Shown here: positions 39,413 to 64,000 of the stretch, one piece after another
Numbering within the stretch: position 1 is the first letter of the stretch
Layout of the letters: the number at the start of each line of letters is the position of its first letter
DNA from: Piromyces finnis finn
Lineage: Eukaryota > Fungi > Neocallimastigomycota
DNA: 64,000 nucleotides
Direction of reading: 5' to 3'
Assembly (NCBI GenBank): GCA_002104945.1
Contig: MCFH01000046.1
Span: 372,001-436,000, forward strand
Notes under the pieces: model-generated
The model's database searches: none
The model's input: only the letters and a program-made list of their open reading frames with translations
What the model was told of the DNA's origin: nothing
Made by a program: the position numbers and the translations under genes

Positions 39413-42400
39413 AGTGACTTTTATTTATAGGTTTTTAAAAACTAAGATAATTAATTATTCACCTATGGTTTACATTGATATAAAAATAAATATTAATTAT
39501 TTATATTTTTGCATTATATTTATTGCTATTTTACTACTATAATATAATTTGTTTATTATAGAAAAATGATATTAACTTTAGTTTTATTTATTTATATTTT
39601 ATATTTTATCTTATTTAAAATATACTTTATAATTTAGTTAATATGTTGAAATAAAATAAAATAAAAATAAATTAATTTATAAAAGATGTATAACAGATTT
39701 ATATTTTTATTTTTATTTTTTTTATTTTTTTGGTGTTTAACTTTATTTATATTTATATATATATATATATTTTTTTTTATCTTCATGTTATATTTAAGAA
39801 TAAAAATAACCAATATAAATAATATTTAAAAATTTTTATTATTATTATTTTAATTAAGTATTATAATATATAGTTAATATATTATCAATAATACTTATTT
39901 TTATATTAATCATATAGAAATCAATTATATATATATTTACTATTAATTTAGATTTATCTATTACAACCTTAAAATTATGTACATAATATTTACTAATAAG
40001 TTAACTTTTCTTGAAAAATGAAACGCTAATACATTTTTATCTTTGTTTTTGTTCTTATATTTCTTTATAATTATTTATAATTAATAATTTAATTACTTTA
40101 ATTTTGGATTCAATCTTCTTTTCATATTAATATTTTCTTTTTTTTTAAAAAAAATAATTTTGATTGTATTGTATTGCAATTATACTTAATTTTTTATTTT
40201 AAATCTTAAATTATTTATTAAAATTTTAGCAGTTTAAATTTTTGTTTCTACTTTTAATTTAGCACATTGAATAATTCTTTTATTATTTTTTTGCCATTAT
40301 TCGTAGTATTTTTTATAAATGAAATATACCAAGAAATAATAGTATATAAATATTTTTTACCTTTTAAATTAATTTTTTTTTTTTAATATTTATTGTTTAA
40401 ATTATTTCTTTTTAGATTATTGATTAATTACTTAAATAAGAAATAATATACATTTATATAAAATTTTTATTTCTTATTTATTTTATGTTTGTTTCTTTTT
40501 TTTAATTATTTACTTATTTAATAATAAATGTACTTTTTTAATTTTTTTTTTTTTTTAACTCTATCATAAAAAATTACAATTATTATTAAATTTTACTTTT
40601 CCTAAAATTATATCTTTTTTTTTGTTTAAAAAAAATCTAAAGTATAGGAATATATTTTATTTAAATAATAAAACGTATATTAATGAATAGATTTCATTTT
40701 AAATAAATTGATTTTTCATTTATATATGTCATAACTTTAATTTATATTAAATCCTTTATATTTTGAAGATCATAATATCAAGAGAATTGAAAAAAAAAAC
40801 AATCAAAATTTATATTAATATATTGTTACATATAATACTAATATATATGACTTTTGTCTATAGAATATTAAATACATATTTAAGACATAATAAATATATA
40901 AATTTATTGTATACATAAATTACATACATTATATAGATAAATGTTAGTGGGATTTTAAATCCTAATAATATTATGGTCATTTAACAAATTTGAAAAAATA
41001 GTTATCTTATATAATCTAACATATATACTAATTAAAAAGATAAAATTAAAATAAAATTTAAAGATATTTAAGAACCTCAATTAAAAATTCTTTTTCTTAG
41101 TATAGTATAAATAATTTTCACTATTATAAAAATTTTATGAAATATTATAGATAATAAAATATAATTAGAATTTTATATATTAAAATCTTTATGTAACATT
41201 TTCATGTTTCATTTATATTTATATTATGAGATTATTTATGAAATTAGAATTTATACATTTAAATTATATAATATTAAATAATTTTTCTTATTTCTATTGT
41301 TTTTCAGGGTTTATAAATGTTTTTTACTATTTAATAGAATTATTTTTCTATATTACAAAAAAAATTGTATTACAAACCTAAGCTATACAAAAAAGATAAA
41401 AATGCTAATGAAATATATTAGCAAAAACTTTATTTATAATAAATTTAATGCATTTCTGAAGTAAATGTGATATTTTGAACTTTAAATATTATAATATAAA
41501 TTAAAAAAATTATTCATAAATTTAATAAGATTTGGATTTAATTACGATGTTTCATATAACATCACTTTTTATATTAAATTAATATTAATAATAAATTGAC
41601 TTATTATTTATATTAACCAAAAAAGAATTAAATTTATATTAATATTGTTCATTATTTAACAATTTTATATGTATTTATAATAATAAAATATTGTATTTTC
41701 ATTATTAAATCTTTTGTTGTTGTTGATTCTACAACATGTAAGCATTTACACTAAAAAACTTATAAATAAAAGTATAATTTGAATATAATATTTAATGTTA
41801 GGTATCATTTTTGTTATATTATAATATTTATATAATAATTATTAAAAAATTCAATTATGGTATGTATAATATCTATTATAAAAATATCAAAATGTTTGTA
41901 TCATTAAATTAATATACATGTATGTTTTTTTAATATATAAAAGTAAAATATTGTATGTACAAACAAAATTTCAAGAAAAATGCACCGAGTAGTAATGTTT
42001 TCTTGTTTTCTTTGTTAGTTAATATATAAAATAATAGATTAAAAAAAAAAGCTAAACTAGTATCAAGATAAATATTTTACTGAATGACGAAACGAACATT
42101 TTGATATTTTTATTTTTAAAAATAAATTTTATTATCAATAAACCTTAAATATTATAAAATATCATTATTTTTATTGTAAATCCTTTGTAATTTTTCTTTG
42201 TTGAAAAGTAATAATATTAAATTTTAGTTATTATATATATTAAAAAATAGATTAAAATTTTATATCATTATATATTAAAATCTTTTATAAGATAATAATA
42301 ATAATGAAAAGAATGAAAAATTGATTTTTAATAATAAAAGAAAAGAATGCTATATATATTATATTTATATATTTAATTATATATATTTTTGATTATTAAT

Positions 42401-42664
42401 AAAAAAAGTTCTATTATTAAAATTAACTCTTTCAAGAATAATATGCTAATTATATAACTACAATTATTATGTTGTTAAATTATCATAAGAAAAATACACA
42501 CAAGGTTATATGAATTTATAAATTAACTACCAAATTTATTGTTAATATTAAAAAAGTATGTAGTTTTATATTAATAATTATTATTTCAAGTTTGAAGATG
42601 AAGAATACGTTTTCTTACAATTAGATAATCGCAAATTTTGTGGAACTAAATAATTGAATAAATT

Positions 42665-42843
<179 letters not shown>

Positions 42844-43079
42844 ATAATCTAATCTTTAATTTATATTTTGTTAAAAGTACTTTTATTTTTTAATTTAATT
42901 TTTTCAAATTTAAACTTTGAAAAAATTAAATTTTTATAATTTTTTTGATTAAAAATTATATGGCTATATTAAACAATATAGTCATATAGTATATATATAC
43001 AAAATTCCAAATAAATTTTTAAATTAATATATTTATAATGAATATTTATTAAACAGTAAAAATTTTATTAGTACATAAA

Positions 43080-53264
<10,185 letters not shown>

Positions 53265-53536
53265 AAATAATTAATTTTTTTATATAAAAAAAATTATAAT
53301 TGAAAACATAACTAATATGACAAATAAATAGTAATTTCCTATGAAATATAAATGTATATATAACATTTACTTCATTTATAAATAACATTCTTATTATAAC
53401 ATATTTAAACTAAAATATTAATAATAATTATTAAACATTATACTTTTATAATAATAAAAAAAAAAAATGCTAATTTTTAACATTAAGTATTATTCTCACC
53501 TTTATTTTATTTTATTATTAATTTTATTATTCATCA

Positions 53537-53670
<134 letters not shown>

Positions 53671-54182
53671 TACTATACAACTTTCATTTTATTATTATTA
53701 GATTTACATTTATATATCATATTATATTATTTTCATATAATAGTGATAAAATCAAAATAAAATTTTCTGATAGTATTATTATAAATATTAACAATATTGT
53801 TAAGAGTAATAATTTATAAATCAATATTAATAATTGTTTATAAATGTATTACATTATTTTTAGAAAGATAATATTACATTCATTTTTCATTATTCTTTCT
53901 TTCTATTGGGAATATTTGATATAGTATCAAATATTGATATATACAAAACAGTTGTCAATCTTTTGTTTGTTCATTAAACCTACTGATTAAATATATTTTA
54001 TATTATTATTATTAATATTATTATTATAATAATCATTATATTTTACTTTATCAAAAAGTTATAATATCAGTTAATTATTCATATATATATTAATAATTTA
54101 ATTTCTATATTTGCTTTCACTAATTATTTTATATTAAAACTAAATAAATATTTTATGAGTTTTCAATTAAGTAAATATATTA

Positions 54183-54227
<45 letters not shown>

Positions 54228-54256
54228 GTATGAAAAGCAATTTTGATTAAATCTTT

Positions 54257-55307
54257 TTAGTCTTGTTTTTCTTTCTTGGCAGAATTTGTTATCTTTGCAA
54301 TAATGCCCCATTTTTCCTTTAACCAAGCATCGATTGTAGATACACCTTTTTCTGAATAATTTAATGCAATAACTAATTGATTAAGTAAATTTAAAAGCCT
54401 TTTATTAATAGATGCACTTCCTGCAGTATGAATAATGATTGGCAATGATAAAAATATTGCTGTTAACTCTAATGCTAATTCCAAACGACCCAAGACATCA
54501 AAATAACTTAATGTTCTTAGTTTGCACTGTAATTGATAAATTTGTTTTATTTCACCTTTGGCAGCTGTCCAACATTTCTTTCCTATTACTAGATAGTCCT
54601 GGACTTCATTAAATATATTTCTGTCATTATAATACAAATAAAGTATTAATTCAAAATTTAAAGATTTTATAACCAAATTAAATAAAAATACCCAATTAAT
54701 AAATTTTAAATTCATTATATATAAATTATTATAATAAATACTAACTGATAATCCCTGTTTATTTCACAACTTGTTAAAAATTCTAAAGTTTCCATAATGT
54801 CATCAAAATTACCATTAAACATTTCATTTAAAATCTGTGTTAATATAGTTGTAAATGAGGCTTCTGAACCATCTTCATTTCCTAATTTTCCTATTAAATC
54901 GTATTGCCTTCTAAGTGTTGGGTTTTTTAAAGTTTCATATGCTTTTGAAATAGTAAGAATAATAAAATAATATATAAATAAAATAAACATTTAATACAAT
55001 TATTATATTTAAACTATACTTTATTGAATCATTATCGAATAAAAAAAAATATAAAAGATAAAATTAACATTTTCATTATATTATTACCAGCTGAAGTCAC
55101 TTGGAAAGCTCTTGTAGCATCCTCATCATTTCGAAATTTATCAGGATGAATAAGTCTACTTGTCTTTAAATAAGCCTTTCTTATTTCATCAGTTGTTGCA
55201 TCAGTTTCAACACCCAATATTTTATATAATGATCGTTCATTTAATATTTGCTCTATTCTAGCTCTACCTTTATCATAATTTGAGATTTTTGAAGTATTGA
55301 CCTCCAT
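54257..55307 (-). CDS. Class C J-domain (DnaJ) protein with uncharacterised helical C-terminus
   Basis: Three exons: LYKILGVETDATTDEIRKAYLKTSRLIHPDK...RAFQVTSA|AYETLKNPTLRRQYD. The HPD motif is intact and the intron phases are compatible. Confidence 0.88.
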
Positions 55308-55552
55308 TCTATATATATTAAACTAATAGGGAAGTAACACATTAAAGTTTATTATTCCTGTTATTATCAACATATAATAAAAATAATATTTAATAAATTA
55401 AGTATTTATTAAATTATTTTTTCCATTATAAAAGCCAATTAGTTGTTATTATTTATTTACTATAATTTAGTATTTTTAATATTATAAATTAAAACACATG
55501 ACTAAAATATAATTTTATATATAAGATTTAAATATCATAGGAATACTTTTTT

Positions 55553-55712
<160 letters not shown>

Positions 55713-57543
55713 TTGTTTTATTTTGTTTGTTTGTTTGCTAGTTAAATATAATTATTAATTATTAATATATATATCAGCATGTTTGTATTATTAATTTTAA
55801 ATTATAGGTTTTTAAAAGGAATGAATTTTTTTATAAAACTAAGAACTAAGACAGCTTTAGCACATATACTTCAGCTTCAGTAATTTAATGACCCATACTT
55901 TTTTTAAAAAAATTAATATATTAATTAGCATTAAATAATTAGACAATGTTAAATAAATATTTGTATAAATATTGTAATTATTTTGGTTAAATAAAATGTA
56001 TAAAAAAAATTTAAATAAAGCAGCGCATATCCTATTAAAATCAAGCAATCAGGCTATTTTTCATGGTTAAAATTTAGTTTAATTTAAAAATGTATTACAA
56101 TAATTTATGATGCAATACTAATAATTAAAAAAAACTACTACAATAAGAAGTTTAAATTTAAAATTCCATTTCTTAAATCAAATATATTATTATATTACCT
56201 TTTGTTAAATTAAATCTAAAAAATTAATTAATATATATTTATTTGTCTATTTAATCATAATATTATATATTTATGTACAAGGCAATATATTATATATATT
56301 AAAAATCTAAGTAATTGATTTTGTTTTTAATTATAAATCATATTAAAATTAGAATAAATGTAATATGTAGTAAAAATATATAATGAAATAAACTACAAAT
56401 TAATCTTTTTATGTATACTATATTAATTACATTTTCCTTCTTGGTGTCATAAAAAAAAAATGGATTTCACATATTTCACATATAATAATGAATAAAAATA
56501 ATAATTGTATGTATAATTAATTAATTAATTAATAATTAAATAAATAAATTATTTTATGAATTTAGTTTTATTTTTTAGAAAAAAAAAAAAAAAGAATTGA
56601 AATTAAAAATTATTAAGTATAACATAAATATAATTAGAGAATATATTATAATATATTAATTAATAATTTTTAATTTTTAAATCTTTTTAATAAAACAAAA
56701 TAATTACTTCATTTTTTTTATTTTATTTTTATTTTCTTTTTCATATAGTAAATAAACAAAAGTAATATAAAAAAAAAAACTTTTATTTAAATACTATTAA
56801 TTGAAATAAAAAGTTAGTTTTTTTTTTATTTATATATATTTAATGCAATAGTTTTTATTTATTATATAATTTTTATATATTTTTAAAATATTTAATCCAC
56901 TTAATAAAGGGTATAATAAAGTAAATAATCATTAATGAATACATAGTAATAAAGACACATAAATGTAATAGTTATTAAGTAAAGCTAAACTATTAAAGAA
57001 ATAATAATATTCTAAAGAATCTAAAAGAGCATAATAAAAGGAGTTTAATAAAAATAAAATAAAAAAATTTAATCTTAAATAAAAATTATATTTTTTAATT
57101 GTAAATAAACATTAGCATATTGTATATTTAATCAATTTAAGAAAATAAGATCAAAATAAAGATAATACAATACAAAGATATCTAAAAGGAAATAGTATAA
57201 ATTATTAATACAAATCCGAATGAAAAATTGATCTGTCAAAAAATATTCAATTGAAAAATAATTATCATTGATGAATAATCCATATTTATATTAATAAAAA
57301 AAATCAAAAAAAAAATAATAATAATAAGTAGAATAATTTTAAATAAAAAATTGAAAAATGATGAAAATATATACTATTCTTTTACATTTATGTATTATTA
57401 ACTGAAATTAAATATATTTTATTTAAACATCCAAAGATAGAAGAAATGTTAAAAACTAAAAAAAGATCAAAAAAAAATAAATAAATAAAATATTACTTAA
57501 TAAAATTATTAAAATTTATTTATATATATTTATAAAGTAGACA

Positions 57544-59556
57544 ATGAGTACTGCATCAATACCTTATGCTGGAAGTAAGATCAGCTTAATTTCAAAGTCT
57601 GACATCAGATATGTTGGTACTTTACATTCAATAAATCAACAAGATTCAACAGTATCATTAGAACAAGGTAAATAAAATTAAATAAATAAATTAGAATGAA
57701 GAAAAGAATAAAATATAAATAGTAACTGAAAAATAAAAATAAAATAAAAAAGATATTATAATAAGCAAATAACATATAATAATAAAAAGTTGTATTTGTA
57801 AAAATTAATAGAAAAAAATAAATTTGATAAAAAATTATAGTATTTTTATAAACATGATTTATAAATAAAAGAATATAAAAATTAAATAGATTTTAACTTT
57901 TTGTAATAATATTATAATTTTGTTTTTTTTTTTTAAATAAATTTTAAATATGAATAAAATAAATAGTTCGTTCATATGGTACAGAAGGAAGAAAGAAAAA
58001 CAAGAGTGAAGAAATTAGTGGAACTGATCAAATTTACGAATACATTGTTTTTCGTGGTAGTGATATTAAAGATTTACAAGTATGTGAAGCTCCACAAAGA
58101 CCACAAGTTCAAGTTCCAAAAGACCCAGCTATCTTAGGAGTAAATATTATTATAATGATAAATATAAATATTTCAATGATCAAGAAATAATTTAAAAATT
58201 TAACATTGTAATTCAATTTAATTAATATTATTCAATAGACTACTGCACCAGCTCCTTCTTCAATTCCACCAGGTTTTAATATGATGCAAGGTTTAGTTGA
58301 TGGAAACATGTTACCACCAAATCTTGCAATTAATCCTTATTTAATTCAATTATATCAACAACAATTATGGCAACAACAAATACAACAACAACAACAACAA
58401 CAACAAGTAAAAAACTATATTTCATTTTATAATAAAAAAAAGAATATTAAATTTCGGACTATTAAATCTGTATAGATATTAACTAATAATTATTTTATGA
58501 AATAAAGCCTGCAGCTTCTTTATTAAAAACTGACCAAGCTACTGGTGAACAAAGCAACAATATTATTTCAGGTATGGAAAAATTAAATTTAGCTGATCCA
58601 AATGCCAAGAAGGATGACGATAATACTCAAAAAGAAACTAATGAAAAGAATGAAGGAAATAGCCAACAAAAGGACAAAAGTAGGTTTTTTAATTATAATT
58701 TAAATTAATAAATTTAAAAATAAAGAATATTAATAAAAATTTTATATAGATAACAATCGTTCACAAAATAATAACTACAGTAGAAATTACAACTCAAATA
58801 GCAGATACCAAAGAGGTAATCGTCAAAATAATAATTATCGCAGAGGTATGAATCAACGTGGACGTCGTAACTGGAACGCAAAGCAACTCTCACTTCCAGA
58901 TTCTGACTTTGATTTTGAATCCTCAAATGCTAAATTTAAAGAACTTTCTGACAAGGAAGCTAACAAAACTGATAAGAAGGAAGAAGAAGGAAATGTACAA
59001 GACGGTGAAGAACAAGAAGAAAGTGGAGCTGAAGAAAAAACTCAAGAAAACTTCTATAATAAATCTTCATCATTCTTTGATAACATTTCTTGTGAAAGTA
59101 AAGACAGAGCTGAAGAACAAGGAAAGAAGTAAGTATTAAAAATCATAAAATATTAAAATATAAAGTATTATACTTAACGATTTAAAATAATAAAGATTTG
59201 ACCGTAGAGCAAAGCAATATGAAGAACGTAAACTTAATATGGAAACTTTTGGTCAAGCTACTGTCAACCGTGGAGGTCACCGTGGTTATAGAAGAAATAA
59301 TTATCACTCATATAGAGGAAGAAATTATAACCGTAATAACGGATACCACAGAAACAACTACAGAAACTATAATAACACTTACAACAACAATAACAACAGA
59401 CAAAAGAGCCAAGTAAATAAATATCTATATATTCATTTTATTATTTAATATTTATCGCTAATAATAATTAATATTAATAATAAATAATAGGAACAAGTTT
59501 CCCAAAATAATAATAATAGTACTCAACAACAACAAAAACAAGAAACTAGTCAATAG
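57544..59556 (+). CDS. SCD6: Scd6/Lsm14 (RAP55) P-body translational repressor
   Basis: LSm domain [20 protein letters not shown]...VRSYGTEGR...[19 protein letters not shown] motif [15 protein letters not shown] box [17 protein letters not shown] box [11 protein letters not shown], and an RGG/RG tail. Seven exons. Confidence 0.96.
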
Positions 59557-60890
59557 AGAGAACAAGAAGATAATTAAAAGCTGAATTTAAATAGTTTAAA
59601 TAAATACTTATTTTATAATATAAAATATTAATGATATATATATACATATTTTCTTTTCTAGTTTTATTTTTAAATAAAAGTTTATATATAAATTTCTTTA
59701 TCTCGATAAATGATAATATATATTAATATAAAATTATTGTTAGCAAGTAACATAACAAATAAGAAAGAAAGAAAATATTAAAACAATTCTATTTAAATTA
59801 ATGACTTTATTAATATTATTTACTTTCATATTAAATTTATGTTCTTTTTTTAAATATATATATTACAAGTATTTATAATGAAAAAAAAAAAAAAAAAAAA
59901 AAAAGACATTTGATATATTTTCATTTTCTAAGCATAATCAAAATTATTTAAAATACATTATATATATATTAAAATATAAGCAGTTATATAATTTTAATAA
60001 TAAAAAATATAATTAATATAACACATTTAAATTTTTGTTTTTTATTTTATTTATTCTTCATTAATAGCTAAATAATAAAGCTTTAAGATTATATAAATTA
60101 TAAATTATATAAACAATTAAATAATATTAAAAAAAATAAATAAATAATAATAATAATAATAATAATAGAATAGTAAAAACAGAAAGGAATTAAAATTATT
60201 TAAAAAAAAAATAAAATAAAAGTAAATAATATAAAGGGGGATTTATAAATATTTAAACAATCGTAAAAACAAATAAAGAATCAAATATAAAAATTAAATA
60301 GATTTTCTATTTTACTTAAAAAGCATTATTAATATATATTGAAATGTTGAAATATTGAGTATTAATTTACTTTGTTTTAATTTTCATTTTACAAAGAAAA
60401 AAAGAAAAAAATAAAAAAGTATATTTACAATTTTACGAACAAAATAAAAATTAAAGTTTATTATAATATAATCTTAATAGTCAATTTTAATAATTAAAAT
60501 ATACTTTTGTGAAAACAATCCATGTATAGCAAATTATTTTTTCATACATTATTTTATATTTATATTTAAACTAATTTTTTTTATTTAAAATAAAATATTT
60601 GTGAAATGAAATTCTTTTCCATAGGTTATTATTTTTTATTGTTAATCCTCATAATCTAACCCGTATTATTAGATGTAGATGTATTATATTACTTTGTGTA
60701 ATTATTATTTTATAATTTTTATCCATTTTTTTTATTATCACAAAATTATGAAAGCAAAATAATGTTTTAATTAAAAAATAAAATAAAACTAAATGAATAA
60801 TACAATATACTAAAGTTGTATATTATTATAAAATAAATAGCAATAATATATAAAACATTATATAAATAATTAATAATAATAATAAAAAAA

Positions 60891-63800
60891 ATGCAAGTAA
60901 GTAATAGTAAAAAAGAAAAAGCTCAAAATTTTCTTGAAGTTTCTTCAGGATTAATATCAAATTCCAAGATGAAACCAAATTCAAAAAAATTATATAACTT
61001 ATATGTGCATGATGAACGTTTCTCAAAACAAGATGTTGTAATAAATCAAGAACATTTTCCAAATATTAATTCAGGTGATTTATTAGAAATTTTCCATCCA
61101 GAATCAACTGGTCCTTCTAATAATAATAATAATAATAATAATAATTGGAATAATCATAGCAATTCAAATTCAAAATATATTAATAATAATCAAAAAAATA
61201 AGCATGCAATTGCAGAATTAATACATTCTTTGCCAATTGATTGCAGAAGATTAATAATTCAAGTTATTAATATTGATAAAGATATAAGCATTAGACAGCC
61301 TCAATTACAAGTAATTTTATTTTTATTCATTATAAGAAAATAAGAAAATATATTAATCCTTATTTCATTTTAACTAACTTTATTTGAATTATAAAATGTA
61401 ATAATTTAAATAAAATAAAAAGATTTCAGTAGCAAATCATATTGCTTCATTATTTGAATTACAAGCAAGAACAGATGTTGTAGTTAGAAAAGTAAAAATC
61501 TTAATATATAAATAAAATATTAATGTTTAATGGAATTTATATTTTGTCCCAATTTGATATCAATGTATTAATATTTAAATCTTCAAAAGATAGATTTTTC
61601 TGAAGTGACAGCAGATTATATTGAAGTTACATTTAGGGATCAATATATAAGTCGAGGTGATATGTGGAGGTTTAAATTAGCTTTAGAAGGTACTTGTGTT
61701 TATGTAGGGAAAAATATTTCATATGCTGGTTTATTAAGAGCGCAAGTTAAAAAAATTCTTGTAAATGGTAGAAAGGTAATATAATTCATAATAATTAAAA
61801 TTAATGTAATTACTAATTTTTTTTAGATTTATTAAAATAAAAAAAAAAAAAAACTAAAGGAATAAATCAATTTTTTATAATGTTTTATCATTATATTATA
61901 TTTTTAGGTTGCATGTGGATATATTACAAATTCAACAAAAACTATTTTTAGATCTGAATCATCTAAATTCTTTATGTTTATACAAATGAGTAAAGAAATG
62001 TGGGATTTTGATGAAGATGGTGAGCTTTTTTATGAAAAAACATTAACTGGTTTCTTTCCAACATTATTTCAAAAATGGACAGAAAGTAATACTAATCATA
62101 CCATTTCAATTATTCTTTTTTCAAGAATTTTCTATAATCATATTAATGATGTTCCTGAAAATGATAATGCAATATTATATGATTCAAATGATCGTCCTTA
62201 TAAAGACTTTTATAGAGTTGTTATTGATTTTGAAACAAGAACTGATTGGTCTTCAATGCTTACTATCCTTAAACGCGAATTTGTTAAATTTCAAAAAGAT
62301 ATCTTACAAAGATCAGAAAATGGATCCATGATTTTATCTGGTAATAATTCGCCAGCCTGTGAAGGAAATGTGTTAGAAGCAATTAATCTTGCTCTTAATC
62401 CATTTGATAAACATCATATGGATAGAAGTATTTTAAGAACAGGATTATCTATTGTTGTAGTTACTCCTGGAACAGGTATTTTTGAAGTAGATAAAAAACT
62501 TCTAAGATTGACTACTCAAAGAATGATTGATAATGGTATTAGTCTTGATCTCGTTTGTTTATCAAGACCACCATTATATCTTGTCCCATTAATGAAATAT
62601 TTTTCAAAAGAATTATCTGTAAGTACTAATCAACAAGAAAGTGTTGATAATTCTTTATCTTCCTTTAATGAAAAGAAAACTCATAAAAATGAATCTTTTG
62701 AAAAGCCAGGTGAATCATCAGAGAAAAAAATAGATGTATGGGATCCTCTTTATTTTGATGATCCAGATAATGATAATCCTGATCATATATTTTATGCAAT
62801 TCCATATTGGATAGACTGTAGCTTTTGGAACAACAATCAAAATTCAGAAAATAAAAACAGTAATTGTAACCTAAAATATTCAAATAGTAAAAATGAATTT
62901 TTACTTCGTTGTAAAATGTATGATATTCAAATGATGGGTATTACAGAGCAAGCAGGTTCATCCATCTTGATTCCGTATCTTGAATCTAATACTTCTGAGA
63001 AAATTAATTCAACAATTGAACCAGATCAAAGTTCCGTTGATTATGATCGTTATGATGAAGGTCTATTCCATTATGATCAAAAAATCCATTCTAGAACTAG
63101 ATTTAATGCTAGAATTGTTACTTCAAGTCATAATATTACACCAGATAATACTTATTCAGTAACTAATCAAATTAAAGTCTCAGACTCTAGTCGCAGTATT
63201 GATATTCGTGAAGAAAATCCTCTTATATCTCAAAGAAATAAAATATTAAAAGATAATGCCTCAGCTACATCTTCAGTAGTATCTAGACGTAATGATATTC
63301 GTCATTCTAATGATATTAGATTATATACAGATAATAATCTAAGATTAGAACCTATAAGAATGACAGCATCAATAAAAATAAATAATTCTAATTCATCAAA
63401 TTATATTAATAATGAAATTAATGTAGCATCTAGTTATGGAGCCAATAGCATGTTTCATAATTCCCACATAAAAAATAAATTGGAATTACAAAGAAATGAA
63501 GTTTCAATAAATTCTACAAATAATGGCATGTCTAATATCATGAATACTAAATCATTAAGAAAGAATATTAACGATCGTGAAAAACCAAAATCATATACAA
63601 GCAACATAAATATTGATATTGATCATTCAAAATCATCTGATGTAGATAATTCAAATGGAGAAGGAAATAGTATAAATACAGATAATTCAAAAAATATTCA
63701 AGTGGCACCAATATGTATAAAGCATTCTTCTCGTTATAATAATTATACTGGAAGTTATAGAGATGCTGATAATCGTAATAGTATTTCAGAATCAATAAAA

Positions 63801-64000
63801 TTTTGTTCATCCCAAAATGATCTTTCCAAACATATTGTTAAAGTATCCCCAGGAAAACCAGGAACCATTAGGCATATTAAACAAAACTATATCAATCCAT
63901 GTAATCCTACAAAAAATAAAATGAGACTTAGTTCGCATATATGTCGTTGGCATCATGTATTCCCAAAATCAATGGAACCAACTTCAAATAAAGCAACAAT
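60891..64000 (+). CDS. IML1: Iml1/DEPDC5 (SEACIT/GATOR1 subunit), 5' portion; continues beyond window
   Basis: LYVHDERFSKQDVVIN, RQPQLQISVANHIASLF, FRDQYISRGDMWRF, IFRSESSKFFMFIQMSKEMWDFDEDGELFYEK, NHTISIILFSRI, YKDFYRVV, GNVLEAINLALN, RTGLSIVVVTPGTGIFEVD, GISLDLVCLSRPPLYLVP. Confidence 0.94.

Noticed and set aside
41961-42005. CAAGAAAA...TTTTCTTG hairpin (and AATTGGT...ACCAATT near 24511-24541)
   Set aside because: Stems of 7-8 bp are expected by chance in such AT-rich DNA.
55840-56080. GC-richer patch with CTGA motifs as a snoRNA or small gene
   Set aside because: No C box at a suitable distance, no terminal stem and no convincing ORF.

Overview
A very AT-rich, intron-rich eukaryotic window. 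The composition, short AT-rich introns, long homopolymers and K/T-rich linkers point to an anaerobic gut fungus (Neocallimastigomycota); this is inferred, not tested. I reconstructed 12 spliced genes by hand. Minus strand: Nup192/Nup205, a signal peptide-TM-SH3 receptor-like protein, phosducin-like Plp2, a MARK/AMPK-related kinase, Pmt2 and a J-domain protein. Plus strand: two tandem secreted LysM proteins, Pgs1, a DOCK-C-like GEF, Scd6/Lsm14 and the 5' part of Iml1/DEPDC5. I found no rRNA, tRNA, CRISPR array or intact transposon. Many ORF-track entries are microsatellite or antisense artefacts. Best leads: (1) a receptor-like protein whose ectodomain looks like a three-repeat MABP-type beta-prism interrupted by a Kex2-type site, with a cytoplasmic phospho-array and SH3; (2) a divergent LysM pair flanked by microsatellites that share a rare variant unit; (3) unusual splicing, with roughly a third of acceptors being AAG (some directly after A12-A35 tracts), one intron with complementary U26/A35 tracts, and frame-neutral 18- and 21-nt micro-exons carrying core catalytic motifs. 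Exon boundaries and counts are manual and unverified by RNA data.
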